From positions 1,952,001-2,016,000 of the forward strand of contig CAWCKY010000006.1 in NCBI GenBank assembly GCA_963796275.1: a stretch of 64,000 nt of DNA, written 5' to 3'. A program made the position numbers and the translations under genes. The notes under the pieces are model-generated. The model did no database searches. It had not been told where the DNA came from and saw only the letters and a list, made by a program, of their open reading frames with translations. This DNA comes from an uncultured Acidobacteriota bacterium. Its GTDB lineage: Bacteria; Acidobacteriota; Blastocatellia; RBC074. Of this stretch, positions 10,042-20,431 are shown piece by piece (within the stretch, counting starts at the first letter, position 1; each line of letters starts with the position of its first letter).

Positions 10042-10395
10042 ATGAAATACGAAAATATTCAAGTATTGACCAAAAACGAGATTGAGTCTGCGATTTCGCG
10101 AAATTATCCAGAAGAATTATTGTGCGCGGTTCTTTCGGCGGCGCTTTATTCCGATGACCCATTGTGGGCAGAAGATGTTTGCTTGCGTCTTTCAAATCAT
10201 GAGCATTCCAGTGTCAGAGGAAATGCTATTCTAGGATTTGGACATATAGCACGTATTCATATGGAACTTACAGAGAGCAAGGTCAAGCCACTAATTGAAA
10301 CTGCTTTAAAAGACAATAGTGATTTCGTGAGAGGCCATGCTAATGATGCAGCAGATGATGTAGAGTCCTTCTTGAAATGGAAGATCAAACGTTAG
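10042..10395 (+). CDS. Small HEAT-repeat protein (immunity-protein-like)
   Basis: H..VRGNAILGFGHIAR...D...VRGHA.DA HEAT-like helices. Confidence 0.7.
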   Translation: MKYENIQVLTKNEIESAISRNYPEELLCAVLSAALYSDDPLWAEDVCLRLSNHEHSSVRGNAILGFGHIARIHMELTESKVKPLIETALKDNSDFVRGHANDAADDVESFLKWKIKR

Positions 10396-10421
10396 GGTTA
10401 AGGTTTCTGTTATCACTGCGC

Positions 10422-10588
10422 GCCCAGCAATTGTTGTACCGGGAGCGCGCGAAACCAGGTTGTCGCTTGCCGCGTAAGGACGTCGCTCGGCGCCCGATGA
10501 ACACAACCGTTAAGCACTGGAGTCGCCGAGCCGGGATATTCTTGGAAGCCGAAGACAGACGGCGGCCCGGTGTACTCTGACTTTATGC
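10422..10588 (+). repeat. Two fused attC sites (family B 10422-10515, then partial family A 10516-10588)
   Basis: GCCCAGC...GTTAAGC immediately followed by ACTGGAGTCGCCG...GGCGGCCCGGTGTAC...TTTATGC. Confidence 0.78.
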
Positions 10589-11121
10589 CGAGTATCTGTA
10601 ATAGAAAGCGCATCTTAGTCATTGGATCCGGAGGGGCCGGCAAGTCGACGTTCTCACGCGCTCTCTCCGTCCGAGGCGGATTGCCAGTGATCCATTTGGA
10701 CCGCTACTACTGGAGATCAGGGTGGCAGGAGACGCCAACCGAAGAGTGGAACGCGCTCGTTACACAACTCGCTGAGCGGGATAGATGGATAATGGACGGC
10801 AACTATGGAGGGTCGCTGTCGATTCGATTGGAACGGTGCGATGCGGTTGTGTTCTTTGATTTTCCGAGGCTCAAATGTCTTCATGGTGTGATCAAACGGA
10901 GGCTCTCCACAAGAAATCGCACGAGGCCTGATATGGCAGCGGGCTGTCCGGAACGCCTGACATTGGAGTTCATCCGTTGGATATGGAACTATCCGAGTGC
11001 ATCACGGCCGCGAATCACAGCCGCTTTGCAGACCGCGAGTGAGAATATCGAGGTTGTAACCGTATCCAGCAGGAAGGACGTCGAGAATGTCTTGCTTGCT
11101 TGCGACCCACCGCAGGCATAA
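10585..11121 (+). CDS. P-loop kinase, DNA topology modulation protein (FlaR-like)
   Basis: RILVIGSGGAGKST, HLDRYYW..GW, WIMDGNY. Stop lies in GCATAAC, a left-half attC at 11116. Confidence 0.88.
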   Translation: MPSICNRKRILVIGSGGAGKSTFSRALSVRGGLPVIHLDRYYWRSGWQETPTEEWNALVTQLAERDRWIMDGNYGGSLSIRLERCDAVVFFDFPRLKCLHGVIKRRLSTRNRTRPDMAAGCPERLTLEFIRWIWNYPSASRPRITAALQTASENIEVVTVSSRKDVENVLLACDPPQA

Positions 11122-11409
11122 CACTCATTGCACCGCCGTCGCCCACCCAGGGAGGACAAGGAAGGGATGGCATCAGGGGGATCGCTTAGATAATTCAAGC
11201 AACTTATAAGTCTCCAGCGTAACTCAATCTACCGATTTTCCGCTGAAACCCGCTTTAAAATAAGCTGAGCGTCAGATGTGTTAAGCTTCCCAAATCTCAA
11301 TGACACGTTTCATTAATTTCAAGCACCTGAAAGCGGGAAGGGAATTTGATTGAGTCAGGGTTGCCCTCCTAAAGTGCCTCCACCAACAAAATAGAGAAGG
11401 GGAAATAAA

Positions 11410-11892
11410 ATGTTTCAGAGCATGAATACAGTCGGGCGCAAACAGCACTATTCAGCGGCTTCAATGATCGATCAACTTTGGGTCATGGTGGAAATGCCCG
11501 TGAGGTTTGAGGGCAGGCCAGTCTCATCGCGCGCTGTGATGATATCACTCTTTTGGCAGCAATACGGCCTCGATCTGCTCCATCCCAAATTCAGTCGATG
11601 GCTGGAACAGAATGCGCCTGATGTGAAATATGCAGTGGCACAAAACAGTGTCAGAAACGGCGTGAATGCAGGTATGAGAGTGGGATCAGACGGAAAGGTA
11701 AAAGTGCAACTCCCGCTGGAGCTCGACCAAAGACTGAGAGAGGTCTCATCGCAATATATGATGTGGCAAATTGAACCGGAGATGGAGCAAATGAAACCGG
11801 AGATGGAGCAAGAGGATCAGATTGCGACAATCGTGTATTTGAATAAACCCGCGGTGAGCCAAAAAATGGACTGTTACAAACTCGCGTCTTAA
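11410..11892 (+). CDS. Hypothetical protein (orphan)
   Basis: 160 aa ORF with a purine-rich RBS and an internal PEMEQ duplication. Confidence 0.6.
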   Translation: MFQSMNTVGRKQHYSAASMIDQLWVMVEMPVRFEGRPVSSRAVMISLFWQQYGLDLLHPKFSRWLEQNAPDVKYAVAQNSVRNGVNAGMRVGSDGKVKVQLPLELDQRLREVSSQYMMWQIEPEMEQMKPEMEQEDQIATIVYLNKPAVSQKMDCYKLAS

Positions 11893-12174
11893 ACTCACCA
11901 CTCTGTCCAAGAATAATTGATCTCTCTGACTTTTAAGCATCGCAGGCAAATAAAAAGAATATTTCTGCTAACTACGCCAGCGGCATTATCCAACAATATT
12001 CATCAGAACGTGTGGGAATGTTCGATTGCAGAATCTCATATTAAGGGAAATGTTCCGGACGAGATTGATCTAGAAAATTTCCTCGTTATAGACTTAGACT
12101 TGCAAACATATTTCAACAACTCGACAAGAGAGAGGGCTAAGTGACAGGCGTGTTGAAGGGAAAACGAGGAGTTG

Positions 12175-12906
12175 ATGAGTAGCCTTTCCGGAAAGGTCGC
12201 ACTGGTCACTGGAGCTTCGCGTGGAATTGGTGCGAGCGTTGCACGAATGCTAGCCGACCGAGGAGCAGACGTAGCAATTAACTACCACAGTAAGGCCTCA
12301 CGTGCGGAAAGTATAGCTGACGATGTGCGTGCGAGGGGCCAGCGTGCCCTGTTGGTGCAAGCAGATATGACAAAGGCGTTTGAGGTTACTGCAATGGTAG
12401 AGGCCGTGCGACACGAGTACAGTCGATTGGACGTATTGGTATTGAATGCAAGCGGTGGTCTGGAGAAAGATAAACCTGCAGATTACGCGATGCAGCTCAA
12501 CTTGACAGCGCAAGTACAGCTGGTAGACGCGTCATTACCGCTGATGCCAAGAGGCGGGCGCATCGTTTTTGTCACGAGCCACATGGCGCATTTCTATGGT
12601 GAAAGGCCTATTGTCGGTCCCTATGAACCGGTAGCGGCGAGCAAGTATGCAGGCGAACAAGCGCTGCGCGCACGCTCTAAGGAATTCGCGAATTGTGGAA
12701 TCGGATTTGTCGTAGTCAGCGGCGATATGATCGAAGGAACAATCACCCCAAAGTTATTGGAGAGAATGAATAAGGGGACAATTGAGTTACGTCGGAGTCA
12801 GGTCGGTGCCCTTCCTACCGTGGAAGAGTTTGCACACGCCATTGCCGAGGCCGCATCATCCACCGAGATCGGCAGTCCGACAATATTTATTGGAAGTACA
12901 GAATGA
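12175..12906 (+). CDS. Short-chain dehydrogenase/reductase
   Basis: TGASRGIG, LDVLVLNASG; followed by an orphan R'' GCCTAAC at 12913. Confidence 0.92.
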   Translation: MSSLSGKVALVTGASRGIGASVARMLADRGADVAINYHSKASRAESIADDVRARGQRALLVQADMTKAFEVTAMVEAVRHEYSRLDVLVLNASGGLEKDKPADYAMQLNLTAQVQLVDASLPLMPRGGRIVFVTSHMAHFYGERPIVGPYEPVAASKYAGEQALRARSKEFANCGIGFVVVSGDMIEGTITPKLLERMNKGTIELRRSQVGALPTVEEFAHAIAEAASSTEIGSPTIFIGSTE

Positions 12907-13063
12907 AGTTTAGCCTAACCCCGCGCCGCACGCGGCCACGTGCGAACACTGTCCGTACTATCGGCAGGCGCATGCTCATTGGCCGACATGGCCTTTGAAA
13001 TTACTTTCCGCTATCTTGAAATTGCTGAACCTTCCGCAGTTCAGGGCCAGGAGTGCCGCTTCC

Positions 13064-13798
13064 TCAACCGCGCGTCGCTTGGACCCTAGTCCCGTACTCG
13101 AGCGATGCCACCCAATCCCTTCGTCCCTGCGGCGTCAGGTCCAGTATGTTCCAAATAGGGTTAGACTCATCAATGCCGCGCTCTTTGATGTCTTCGGCCA
13201 GCTGAGGATGAACACTGTAAAAATGGCGCACCGTGCCATCACCGTCTCGTGTGAAAACCGAAATCGTCGAGTCCTGATTTCCCTCGCGATCCTCGCTGCC
13301 GAGATCGTACTTAAAAGTGCTCTCGCCAGCGCTCAACAAACGCACTTTATCCCAACCTCTTTTTCGCGCGTGAGCGCGCAGGGTAGACGGATCAGCCGCA
13401 GCGACGATCGCCAGGTCAATATTTTGCACCAGGTGAGGAGCAACACCGTTGATGCTATCGATCCAGGCGGTACACATTGGGCACGGACTGGTTTGTTTCT
13501 TTCCGTACATAAACTGATAGATCAGGAGCGAACGATCCGGCGCAGTGAACAGTTCGCTCAACCGTACCTTTCGTACCGGCTCATCGCCTTTATCGAGAGA
13601 AGCCGGGCCTTCAAGAAATTCGTAATCACGAATCGTCGCACCTTTTGGCAAGCCCCGCCGCAGCTCCGCGCATAGTTCGCGTTGTTTCAAGAATTCAATT
13701 TCTGCCAGCCGCAGCTCCTCGCGCTTTGCCAGATATTCCGGCGACTCATTCGCCAGATTAGTTTGACGATACGTTCCATCAATCATTTCATGAACCAT
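13064..13798 (-). CDS. DUF899 thioredoxin-like protein
   Basis: AELRRGLP, LSELF, CPMCTAW.D, LDLTPQGR; GGAGG RBS before MVHEM. Confidence 0.88.
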   Translation of the reverse strand: MVHEMIDGTYRQTNLANESPEYLAKREELRLAEIEFLKQRELCAELRRGLPKGATIRDYEFLEGPASLDKGDEPVRKVRLSELFTAPDRSLLIYQFMYGKKQTSPCPMCTAWIDSINGVAPHLVQNIDLAIVAAADPSTLRAHARKRGWDKVRLLSAGESTFKYDLGSEDREGNQDSTISVFTRDGDGTVRHFYSVHPQLAEDIKERGIDESNPIWNILDLTPQGRRDWVASLEYGTRVQATRG

Positions 13799-14288
13799 TA
13801 GTATCACCTCCAGTAAAGAATAGCTCTCCCTCTTTCCAATCGATCGAGAACATCGAAGGAAACCAGGTCGGAAATCTCTTTGTGGGAATGAAAGAAATAT
13901 ACCACGAACTCCATTCGTGGACATAGAGAAGGCTGCTCGATAGAGTCGTCGTAAAATGAGCCGCCACTTGCCGCCACATGATTGCCTGGACAATTTCACT
14001 CTAACCATAACTAGTTAGGCGTCATGGATCGCGCGCAGTGGCGACGTGTCGTGGAACAGCTTCGAGACGTCCCTGATGTTGATTAATCGTCTGTCGCTTG
14101 AGCGCCGTCGTCGGCCAGGATATTCGCCTGCGTTCAGAAAGCCATAAAACATCGTAATGAAGCTCAGCGTAAAGTAACAGAACCAAGCGGTAACTTGTCC
14201 AGCCAAACTCTGGCTTGAAGGAAACATCCGTCTGTCGTAGAGTCTTGTGGAAGCGCTCGCAGCGATCAGCTTATCGCACGCGCGCGCA

Positions 14289-14357
14289 GCCTAACCAGCG
14301 GTTTCAGCCGATCTACTCCGCTGACGCTCGGCGAACGCCTGAACCGCAGCGTTAGGC
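14289..14357 (+). repeat. Short attC (69 bp)
   Basis: GCCTAAC-CAGCGGTTTCAG...CTGAACCGCAGC-GTTAGGC. Confidence 0.85.
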
Positions 14358-14420
14358 AGTCCAAGATAATGCTTATTATGCATAAATAACCAATAACCGA
14401 TTTTACAGGAGAAATAAACT

Positions 14421-14879
14421 ATGGCCGATTCTAGTAATACCGTCCGCCTTCACCGCGTCCTTCGCGCGACGCCCGACCGAGTCTATCGGGCATTCCTCGA
14501 TCCCGACGCGATGGAAAAGTGGCTTCCGCCTCATGGATTCACGGGCAAAATCCATGAAATGGACGCACGTGTCGGTGGCGGCTATCGAATGTCGTTTACG
14601 AACTTCGGGACAGGCAAGAGTCATTCTTTCGGGGCGAAATACATCGAGCTTACCAAGAATGTGCGGATCAAACATACCGACAAATTTGATGATCCCAACC
14701 TGCCGGGAGAGATGCAGGTCACGATCTCACTACAAAAGGTCGCTTGTGGAACTGAGTTGACGATAGTTCAAGAAGGGATTCCGCCGGTGATTCCGGTCGA
14801 GTTCTGCTATCTTGGATGGCAGGAGTCGTTGGCATTGCTGGCGTATCTTGTTGAACCGGAGATTCCGGATGGCGCATAG
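14421..14879 (+). CDS. SRPBCC/AHSA1 domain protein
   Basis: RVYRAFLDPDAM.KWLPPHGF...DARVGG.YRMSF...CYLGWQESL. Confidence 0.92.
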   Translation: MADSSNTVRLHRVLRATPDRVYRAFLDPDAMEKWLPPHGFTGKIHEMDARVGGGYRMSFTNFGTGKSHSFGAKYIELTKNVRIKHTDKFDDPNLPGEMQVTISLQKVACGTELTIVQEGIPPVIPVEFCYLGWQESLALLAYLVEPEIPDGA

Positions 14880-14979
14880 CTATTTCATTAATTACCGCGA
14901 TACCGAATTCAGAGTTAAAAGAAGAACGATGATAACTTAAAAAGTGATTTGGTATCGATTGAGTTTTGCAATGGTCAGT

Positions 14980-15060
14980 CCGTTCGACCGGAGGCGCCGC
15001 TGCTTTCAGATTAAACCTTTGAGAAATGGCGGCGCCATTATGAACTTTTATCCGTTAGGC
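14980..15060 (+). repeat. Degenerate attC
   Basis: GTTCGACCGGAGGCGCCGC...GCGGCGCC...TGAAC...GTTAGGC. Confidence 0.6.
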
Positions 15061-15173
15061 TGTTATCAATATCAATGAAGGAAAGGGGAACTGCTGGGCA
15101 CGAATCTGCTGACCTTCAATGGTTTCGCTCGTAGCGCTTCGGGACCGAACGGTACTGGTGAACATGTAAATGC

Positions 15174-15261
15174 GCCTAACCATCGTTCCGGCAGAGCCGC
15201 CGATCCGGGAATTTATGGGAAGCCGAAGCAACATGCGGCCCGATGAACTCTGACGTTAGAC
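15174..15261 (+). repeat. attC site (family A)
   Basis: GCCTAAC...GAGCCGCCG...GCGGCCCGATGAAC...GTTAGAC. Confidence 0.85.
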
Positions 15262-15285
15262 TGCAGATACTGGAAAGGAGGACTG

Positions 15286-16539
15286 ATGAATCCCGCGGAA
15301 TCTTTCGATGCCAACCGCCTGGGAACTCTCTTTGATCCCTTCCATGATCCCTACCTGGCCGATCCCTATCCCTTCTTTTCAGAGGCTCAAGCAGCGACTC
15401 CCGTCTTCTATAGCCCGCTGCTTGATTACTGGGTTGTCACTCGCTATCACGACATTCGGCAAGTGTTCCAGAAGCCCCAGCTCTTCTCTGCTGTCAATGC
15501 CTTGGCGCCGATCCAGCCGATTTGCCCTGCCGCAAACCACATCCTGACGGAAGGCAACTTCCGCCCGGTGCAAACGCTGACCAATAACGATCCCCCGGCT
15601 CATACCCGGGTCCGGCGGCTGGCGAACGTAGCCTTCACGCCACGCCGTGTCGCCGCCATGGAATCGTTTATCCGCGAGCTGACCGTGAGTTTTGTCACCG
15701 AGCGTCTGTCGCGTGGCCGGGCCGATCTCGTGCGCGACCTCGCGTGGGAGCTGCCAGCCTTCGTTATCTTCCGGGTCTTGGGCATCCCGGACGATGATGT
15801 CGCGCGGGTCAAAGCGGGATCAGAGAGCCGTCTCTTGTTCATGTGGGGCCGTCCAACGGAAGCCGAGCAGATCCATTTGGCGCACGGCATGGCGGCATTC
15901 TGGCAGTATGCAGAGGCACTGGTGGCGGACCGCGCACGGGAACCCCGTGACGACCTCACAAGTGATCTCCTCCTCGCCCGCGATGGGGACGAGCCTGCAT
16001 TGACTCCGCCGGAAGTCACGACGATAGTCTACGGCCTGCTGCTGGCTGGTCATGAGACAACCACCAGCTTGCTCGGCAATGCTTTCCGCCAGTTACTAAC
16101 TGAGCGCCTCACCTGGGAAGCGATTTGCCAGGACCCCGGGCTGATTCCGAACGCGATTGAGGAAGTGCTACGGTTGGACTCGTCTGTCATTACGTGGCGC
16201 CGGAAGACCACCCAGGCAGTGGACATCGGGGGCGTGTCGATCCCGGCCAACGCGAACGTGCTTTTGCTCTTGGGCGCAGCCAATCGTGATCCGACGGTCT
16301 TCGACAATCCCAACCGATTCGACATTCATCGGGCGAATGCCAAGGACCATCTCTCCTTCGGGCACGGATCGCACTTCTGCCTGGGGGCACCTCTGGGTCG
16401 GTTGGAAGCGCGCGTGGTACTGGAGGAGTTGAGCGCACGGCTACCACAACTGCGTCTCGTGCCAGGGCAGACGCTGCACTTCCAATCCAACACGTCGTTC
16501 CGTGGTCCGCTTTCATTGCTGGTCGAGTGGGATGTTTGA
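15286..16539 (+). CDS. Cytochrome P450
   Basis: DPPAHTRVR, AGHETT, EEVLR, heme motif FGHGSHFCLG. Confidence 0.97.
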   Translation: MNPAESFDANRLGTLFDPFHDPYLADPYPFFSEAQAATPVFYSPLLDYWVVTRYHDIRQVFQKPQLFSAVNALAPIQPICPAANHILTEGNFRPVQTLTNNDPPAHTRVRRLANVAFTPRRVAAMESFIRELTVSFVTERLSRGRADLVRDLAWELPAFVIFRVLGIPDDDVARVKAGSESRLLFMWGRPTEAEQIHLAHGMAAFWQYAEALVADRAREPRDDLTSDLLLARDGDEPALTPPEVTTIVYGLLLAGHETTTSLLGNAFRQLLTERLTWEAICQDPGLIPNAIEEVLRLDSSVITWRRKTTQAVDIGGVSIPANANVLLLLGAANRDPTVFDNPNRFDIHRANAKDHLSFGHGSHFCLGAPLGRLEARVVLEELSARLPQLRLVPGQTLHFQSNTSFRGPLSLLVEWDV

Positions 16540-16572
16540 CCGGTGGCGCGAGGAGACCGTTCACGAGCAACA

Positions 16573-16651
16573 GTCTAACAAACCCCTGCATCCGGCCTAT
16601 AGCGTCAACTCCGCTCCCGTTTTGGGCAGCGTCTGAGTCGCGGCCTTAGGC
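16573..16651 (+). repeat. attC with mutated core (CTTAGGC)
   Basis: The R'' GTCTAAC is complementary to the upstream R' GTTAGAC; the R' here reads CTTAGGC. Confidence 0.7.
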
Positions 16652-16758
16652 GCGCTGAATGATTGTTACGCTGGCAATAAGAACGATCTACGGGGGACTG
16701 GTTTCATCACAATAGCCCGCGTCGAGTGCCGCGACAACACCGGATAATGCGACGCCGG

Positions 16759-18342
16759 CTACTGCAAGTCGGTGTTGCTCACAAACGCAATTTTCTTACC
16801 GTCCGGCGACCACGACGGCACGTTGATCGTACCCTGGCCGCCATAAAGATAGGCAATTACTTTGGGAGCGCCGCCGCCAATCGGCATCAGACGCAGGTAA
16901 ACGTGTTTGTAAAAAGGGTGATCGCCTGGAGCGATGTCTTTGGGGAACGAGATGAAAACGATCCATTTGCCATCGGGCGAGATGTGTGGGAACCAGTTGT
17001 TCAATTCGTCGTTGGTGATCTGAATCTGCTCACTGCCATCGGGTTTCATCCGCCAGATTTGCATTGTACCTGTGCGGAATGAATTGAAGTAGATATATTG
17101 GCCATCTGGCGTGTATTCCGGCCCGTCATCCACTCCTTTCGTGGTCGTCAGTTGAATCTCTTCGCCGCCCTGCGCCGGGATTTTGTATATGTCGAATTCA
17201 TTGTTGCGTCCGCCCGTAAACACGAGAAACTTTTTGTCAGGCGACCAGCCGTGCAAATACGATGGGCCTTTGCGCGTTACTTTCACAGGCTTGCCGCCCC
17301 CACCGGGAACCGTAAATATCATCGAGACGTTGCCGTCTTCCGCGCTCGAACTGCTAATGCCCAGCATCTTACCATCGAAGGAAAACACGTGATCGTTGTT
17401 ATTGCGCTTCACATCGCCCGTATCGAAGACCTCTGGCGTGTTGGTGTTCAGAGCGAAGCGGTAAAGCAAGCCGTTGTGGTTATAGAGGAGATACTTGCCA
17501 TCAGTCGTCCAATTGGGCGCTTGCAGCGAATCTTTGACCCGGTACAAAACCTTACGCTGATGTGTGGCCAAATCCAACACTTCCAGTTTGCTGCCGATGT
17601 ATTCACGGTACGGCACAAAACCATCTCTGGCAGGCACAGTGATTTCGACATCGCGAAAAACCGCTGTCTCGGAAACATCTTTGTTGTGTGAACAGACGTA
17701 AAGGCCCAGATAAACTTCATCACCCAAAGCTACCTCGGATACTTCCGGTGCTGTGAACGTTTCTCCAAAATTGGCGACGGACATTGTGTATGTATTGCCC
17801 TTTCGTTCAAGCTGAATGACATCCGGGCTTTTCGCCGCAAAATTCACACGCCCGGTTTCCGCGCCTTTCGCTCGCCGGATTTGCAATGAAGCATGGCCAT
17901 CTCCGTGAACAGTGGCGTTGACGTGGGGCGAGTCCGCATCGAGGCTCGAGCGAACGATCCAGCCGATTTTGCGATGAGGATCAACGCCTTTGCCGAGAAA
18001 TTCCACCCGAGCGCGCAGAATGAAATTGCCTTTCATCCGCTTCCACACGAAATGAAACTCATCTCTTCCCGCCCACATATTCGCGCCCGATCCGGTGATG
18101 GTGTAGCTCTGCTTCCCGGCGTCGTAAACAACAGAACCTGGCTTGGCTGGATTGCCCACGTCTTCGTGACTATCAAATTGCCCCACGGACTTTTGTTGAG
18201 CATAGGCAACGGAGCACAGAGGCAATGCCAGTATGGCCGCCAGCAGAATTGACGTCGCAAACGATTTCGAAAACAACGGCGAACTCCAGTTAGTACGGAG
18301 ACCTACTATTGGTAGGATGAGCAAAACGAATATGTCTGACAT
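16759..18342 (-). CDS. Secreted TolB-like PD40/WD40 beta-propeller protein
   Basis: Repeated P.WSPDGK/PD40 motifs and a signal-like N-terminus. Confidence 0.9.
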   Translation of the reverse strand: MSDIFVLLILPIVGLRTNWSSPLFSKSFATSILLAAILALPLCSVAYAQQKSVGQFDSHEDVGNPAKPGSVVYDAGKQSYTITGSGANMWAGRDEFHFVWKRMKGNFILRARVEFLGKGVDPHRKIGWIVRSSLDADSPHVNATVHGDGHASLQIRRAKGAETGRVNFAAKSPDVIQLERKGNTYTMSVANFGETFTAPEVSEVALGDEVYLGLYVCSHNKDVSETAVFRDVEITVPARDGFVPYREYIGSKLEVLDLATHQRKVLYRVKDSLQAPNWTTDGKYLLYNHNGLLYRFALNTNTPEVFDTGDVKRNNNDHVFSFDGKMLGISSSSAEDGNVSMIFTVPGGGGKPVKVTRKGPSYLHGWSPDKKFLVFTGGRNNEFDIYKIPAQGGEEIQLTTTKGVDDGPEYTPDGQYIYFNSFRTGTMQIWRMKPDGSEQIQITNDELNNWFPHISPDGKWIVFISFPKDIAPGDHPFYKHVYLRLMPIGGGAPKVIAYLYGGQGTINVPSWSPDGKKIAFVSNTDLQ

Positions 18343-18762
18343 TCGTGTGACTCCAGTTAGAATTTATGAGGTATTACAGTTTCAGTTAGTGGATAAAGGT
18401 ATCGCTCATCTATTACACCATGTTTCGATCTATTGTCAAAATTCGTCAAAATTAAACAAGTTCTTCGACCTGAGCAAATCCGATAGCCCGTAATTCCATC
18501 GGTCAGGTCATCGCGGCGTTGGCTGCGGCCACAAACGTGTCGAGTCGAAACGGCTCCATTTGGTCGGGTTGTCGCCGAGAAGTATGGGGCACCGACATAG
18601 ATGGCCGTCGGTCTCGGCCACTGATGCTCGCGGACGTATAACCCAAAGCTGTCTAACAGAGGTATCAAGCCGCCTAAGGAGCCTAAGGAGCCTAAGGATA
18701 AGACGCGCCGCGGATGAGAGGCCTTGTCTAGCAATCGCGAACTCTTGTAATCTTCATCGGCG

Positions 18763-18818
18763 GCCCAACAAAGGTTGCACTTGAGCCACCGGACCGATGT
18801 TTTATTGAAAGCCGAGGC
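18763..18818 (+). repeat. Left part of attC (family A)
   Basis: GCCCAAC-AAAG-GTTGCAC...TTTTATTGAAAGCCGAGG; the right arm is missing. Confidence 0.75.
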
Positions 18819-18925
18819 GGAAGACTGACCGATATCGCCCTTATCGATCGGCGCAAAAGGACTCGGTCAATGGGTGGAGTTTAAGATTGACGCTACCGAT
18901 GAGGCGGAAGCGCACGGGAGGGAAC

Positions 18926-19726
18926 GTGCCAAACTTTCAATCGAAGCCGTTGAAGAGCGGTCATGCCCCGATCAACGGGATCAAGGTATATTACGAGGTG
19001 CATGGGCACAGAGACGGGCTTCCGCTCGTTCTGCTTCACGGTGGTGGGTCCACCATTGAGGTCACGTTCAGCAGAGTTCTGCCGGTTTTCGCCCGCAACC
19101 GCAGGGTCATCGCGGTCGAAGAGCAGGGGCATGGCCGGACGACCGATCGCGATGCGCCAGTCACATTCGAATCCTCTGCGGATGACATCGCGGCTCTCCT
19201 CGGCTACCTGACGATCGAGAAGGCGGACGTCTTTGGATTCAGTAACGGCGCCAGCGTCGCTCTCCACGTCGCTATGCGACATCCACAGCTCGTTCGAAAG
19301 TTGGTCTACGCTTCATCGATGACAAAGAGGGACGGCGCTCATCCGCAGCTCTGGGAATTCATGAAGCAGGCGGACTTCTCCAACATGCCGCAACCGCTCA
19401 AGGACGCATTCCTTAAGGTGAACCCGGACGTGAATCGGCTCAAAACCATGCATGACAAGGATGCCGCGCGGATGCAGAATTTCAAGGACATCCCGGAGGC
19501 ATTGCTAAGGTCGGTGAGTGCACAGACGCTGATTGTTATTGGTGATCAAGACATCGTGAAAGTTGAGCATGCGGTAGAGCTGACTCGCCTGATTTCAGGC
19601 GCACGCCTGCTTATCTTGCCCGGTGGGCACGGTGACTATCTTGGCGAAGCCGTGATGACGCAGAGAGATACCCGCTACCCCGAGCTAACCGCGCAGCTGA
19701 TCGAAGAGTTCCTCGACTCTAACTGA
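18926..19726 (+). CDS. Alpha/beta hydrolase
   Basis: LLHGGG, QGHGRT, GFSNG nucleophile motif; GTG start after GGAGG. Confidence 0.9.
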   Translation: MPNFQSKPLKSGHAPINGIKVYYEVHGHRDGLPLVLLHGGGSTIEVTFSRVLPVFARNRRVIAVEEQGHGRTTDRDAPVTFESSADDIAALLGYLTIEKADVFGFSNGASVALHVAMRHPQLVRKLVYASSMTKRDGAHPQLWEFMKQADFSNMPQPLKDAFLKVNPDVNRLKTMHDKDAARMQNFKDIPEALLRSVSAQTLIVIGDQDIVKVEHAVELTRLISGARLLILPGGHGDYLGEAVMTQRDTRYPELTAQLIEEFLDSN

Positions 19727-20280
19727 TAACTGCGCACGTGGGTCCCAAGCCGCTTTACTTTATGGGTTCGCCTGAATAGCCTACTGTGCCCAACAAATCG
19801 CTCCAGCCAAAATGATATTGTAGGAGGTCTGACGAGGTAAGAAAAAACGCTCACCCAGTGGCCTGCTATACTAACCGAGGATTGAGGATTGCGCAGTTGT
19901 TCATGAGACAGCCAATAAAGCAATGGACTACCAACGGTACCAGGCCAGGCTACCGCACTCCAAAAGCTCCGCCATCCTCTTGATATCAGTTTAATATCCA
20001 TGGGGCTTGTCTCGATTTCCTAAGAAAATCGAGGAGTTTTATGACATGCAATCTCTCCGATTATCAACCCTGATTCTATTCGCTCTCGGAAAGATTTCCG
20101 AATTCTGACCGCTCACCGATGTTTGGCTTCATTCGACAAGGAAACGAAACCGTGTTGGAACAAGTCGACCGCGAATTCGATTTGATTGGCAAAAAATGGA
20201 GCGCAGAAAGACATTTGAACCTTTGCGAGATAAAAACGTAATCAATTCAGCCGAGTTTTCGCAATACAACTGAGAAAAAT

Positions 20281-20388
20281 ATGTTCTGCCCTACATGCGG
20301 ACACGCCGACCAAAAGCCTGAAACCTTCTACCGTCGATGCGGAAAAGGCGCGCTTACGGACCGTCTCGCCACTTGTAGTTGTGATTAA
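20281..20388 (+). pseudogene. Zinc-ribbon gene remnant
   Basis: MFCPTCGHADQKPETFYRRCGK, then the frame is lost; same start motif as the 4811 gene. Confidence 0.45.
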
Positions 20389-20431
20389 CTACCGTTTGAA
20401 CTTTTTAGAACCTGGACTGGAGAGTATTCCA

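Noticed and set aside
12995-13675. 226-aa plus-strand ORF, and similar long antisense ORFs (28127-28879, 44395-45309, 48018-48962, 50043-50750)
   Set aside because: They are antisense shadows of well-supported genes in GC-rich DNA.
14015-14227. Inverted cassette ORF ending in minus-strand GCCTAAC
   Set aside because: The stop coincides with a plus-strand R' box (GTTAGGC at 14014); the peptide is not convincing, and the segment is better read as a decayed cassette.
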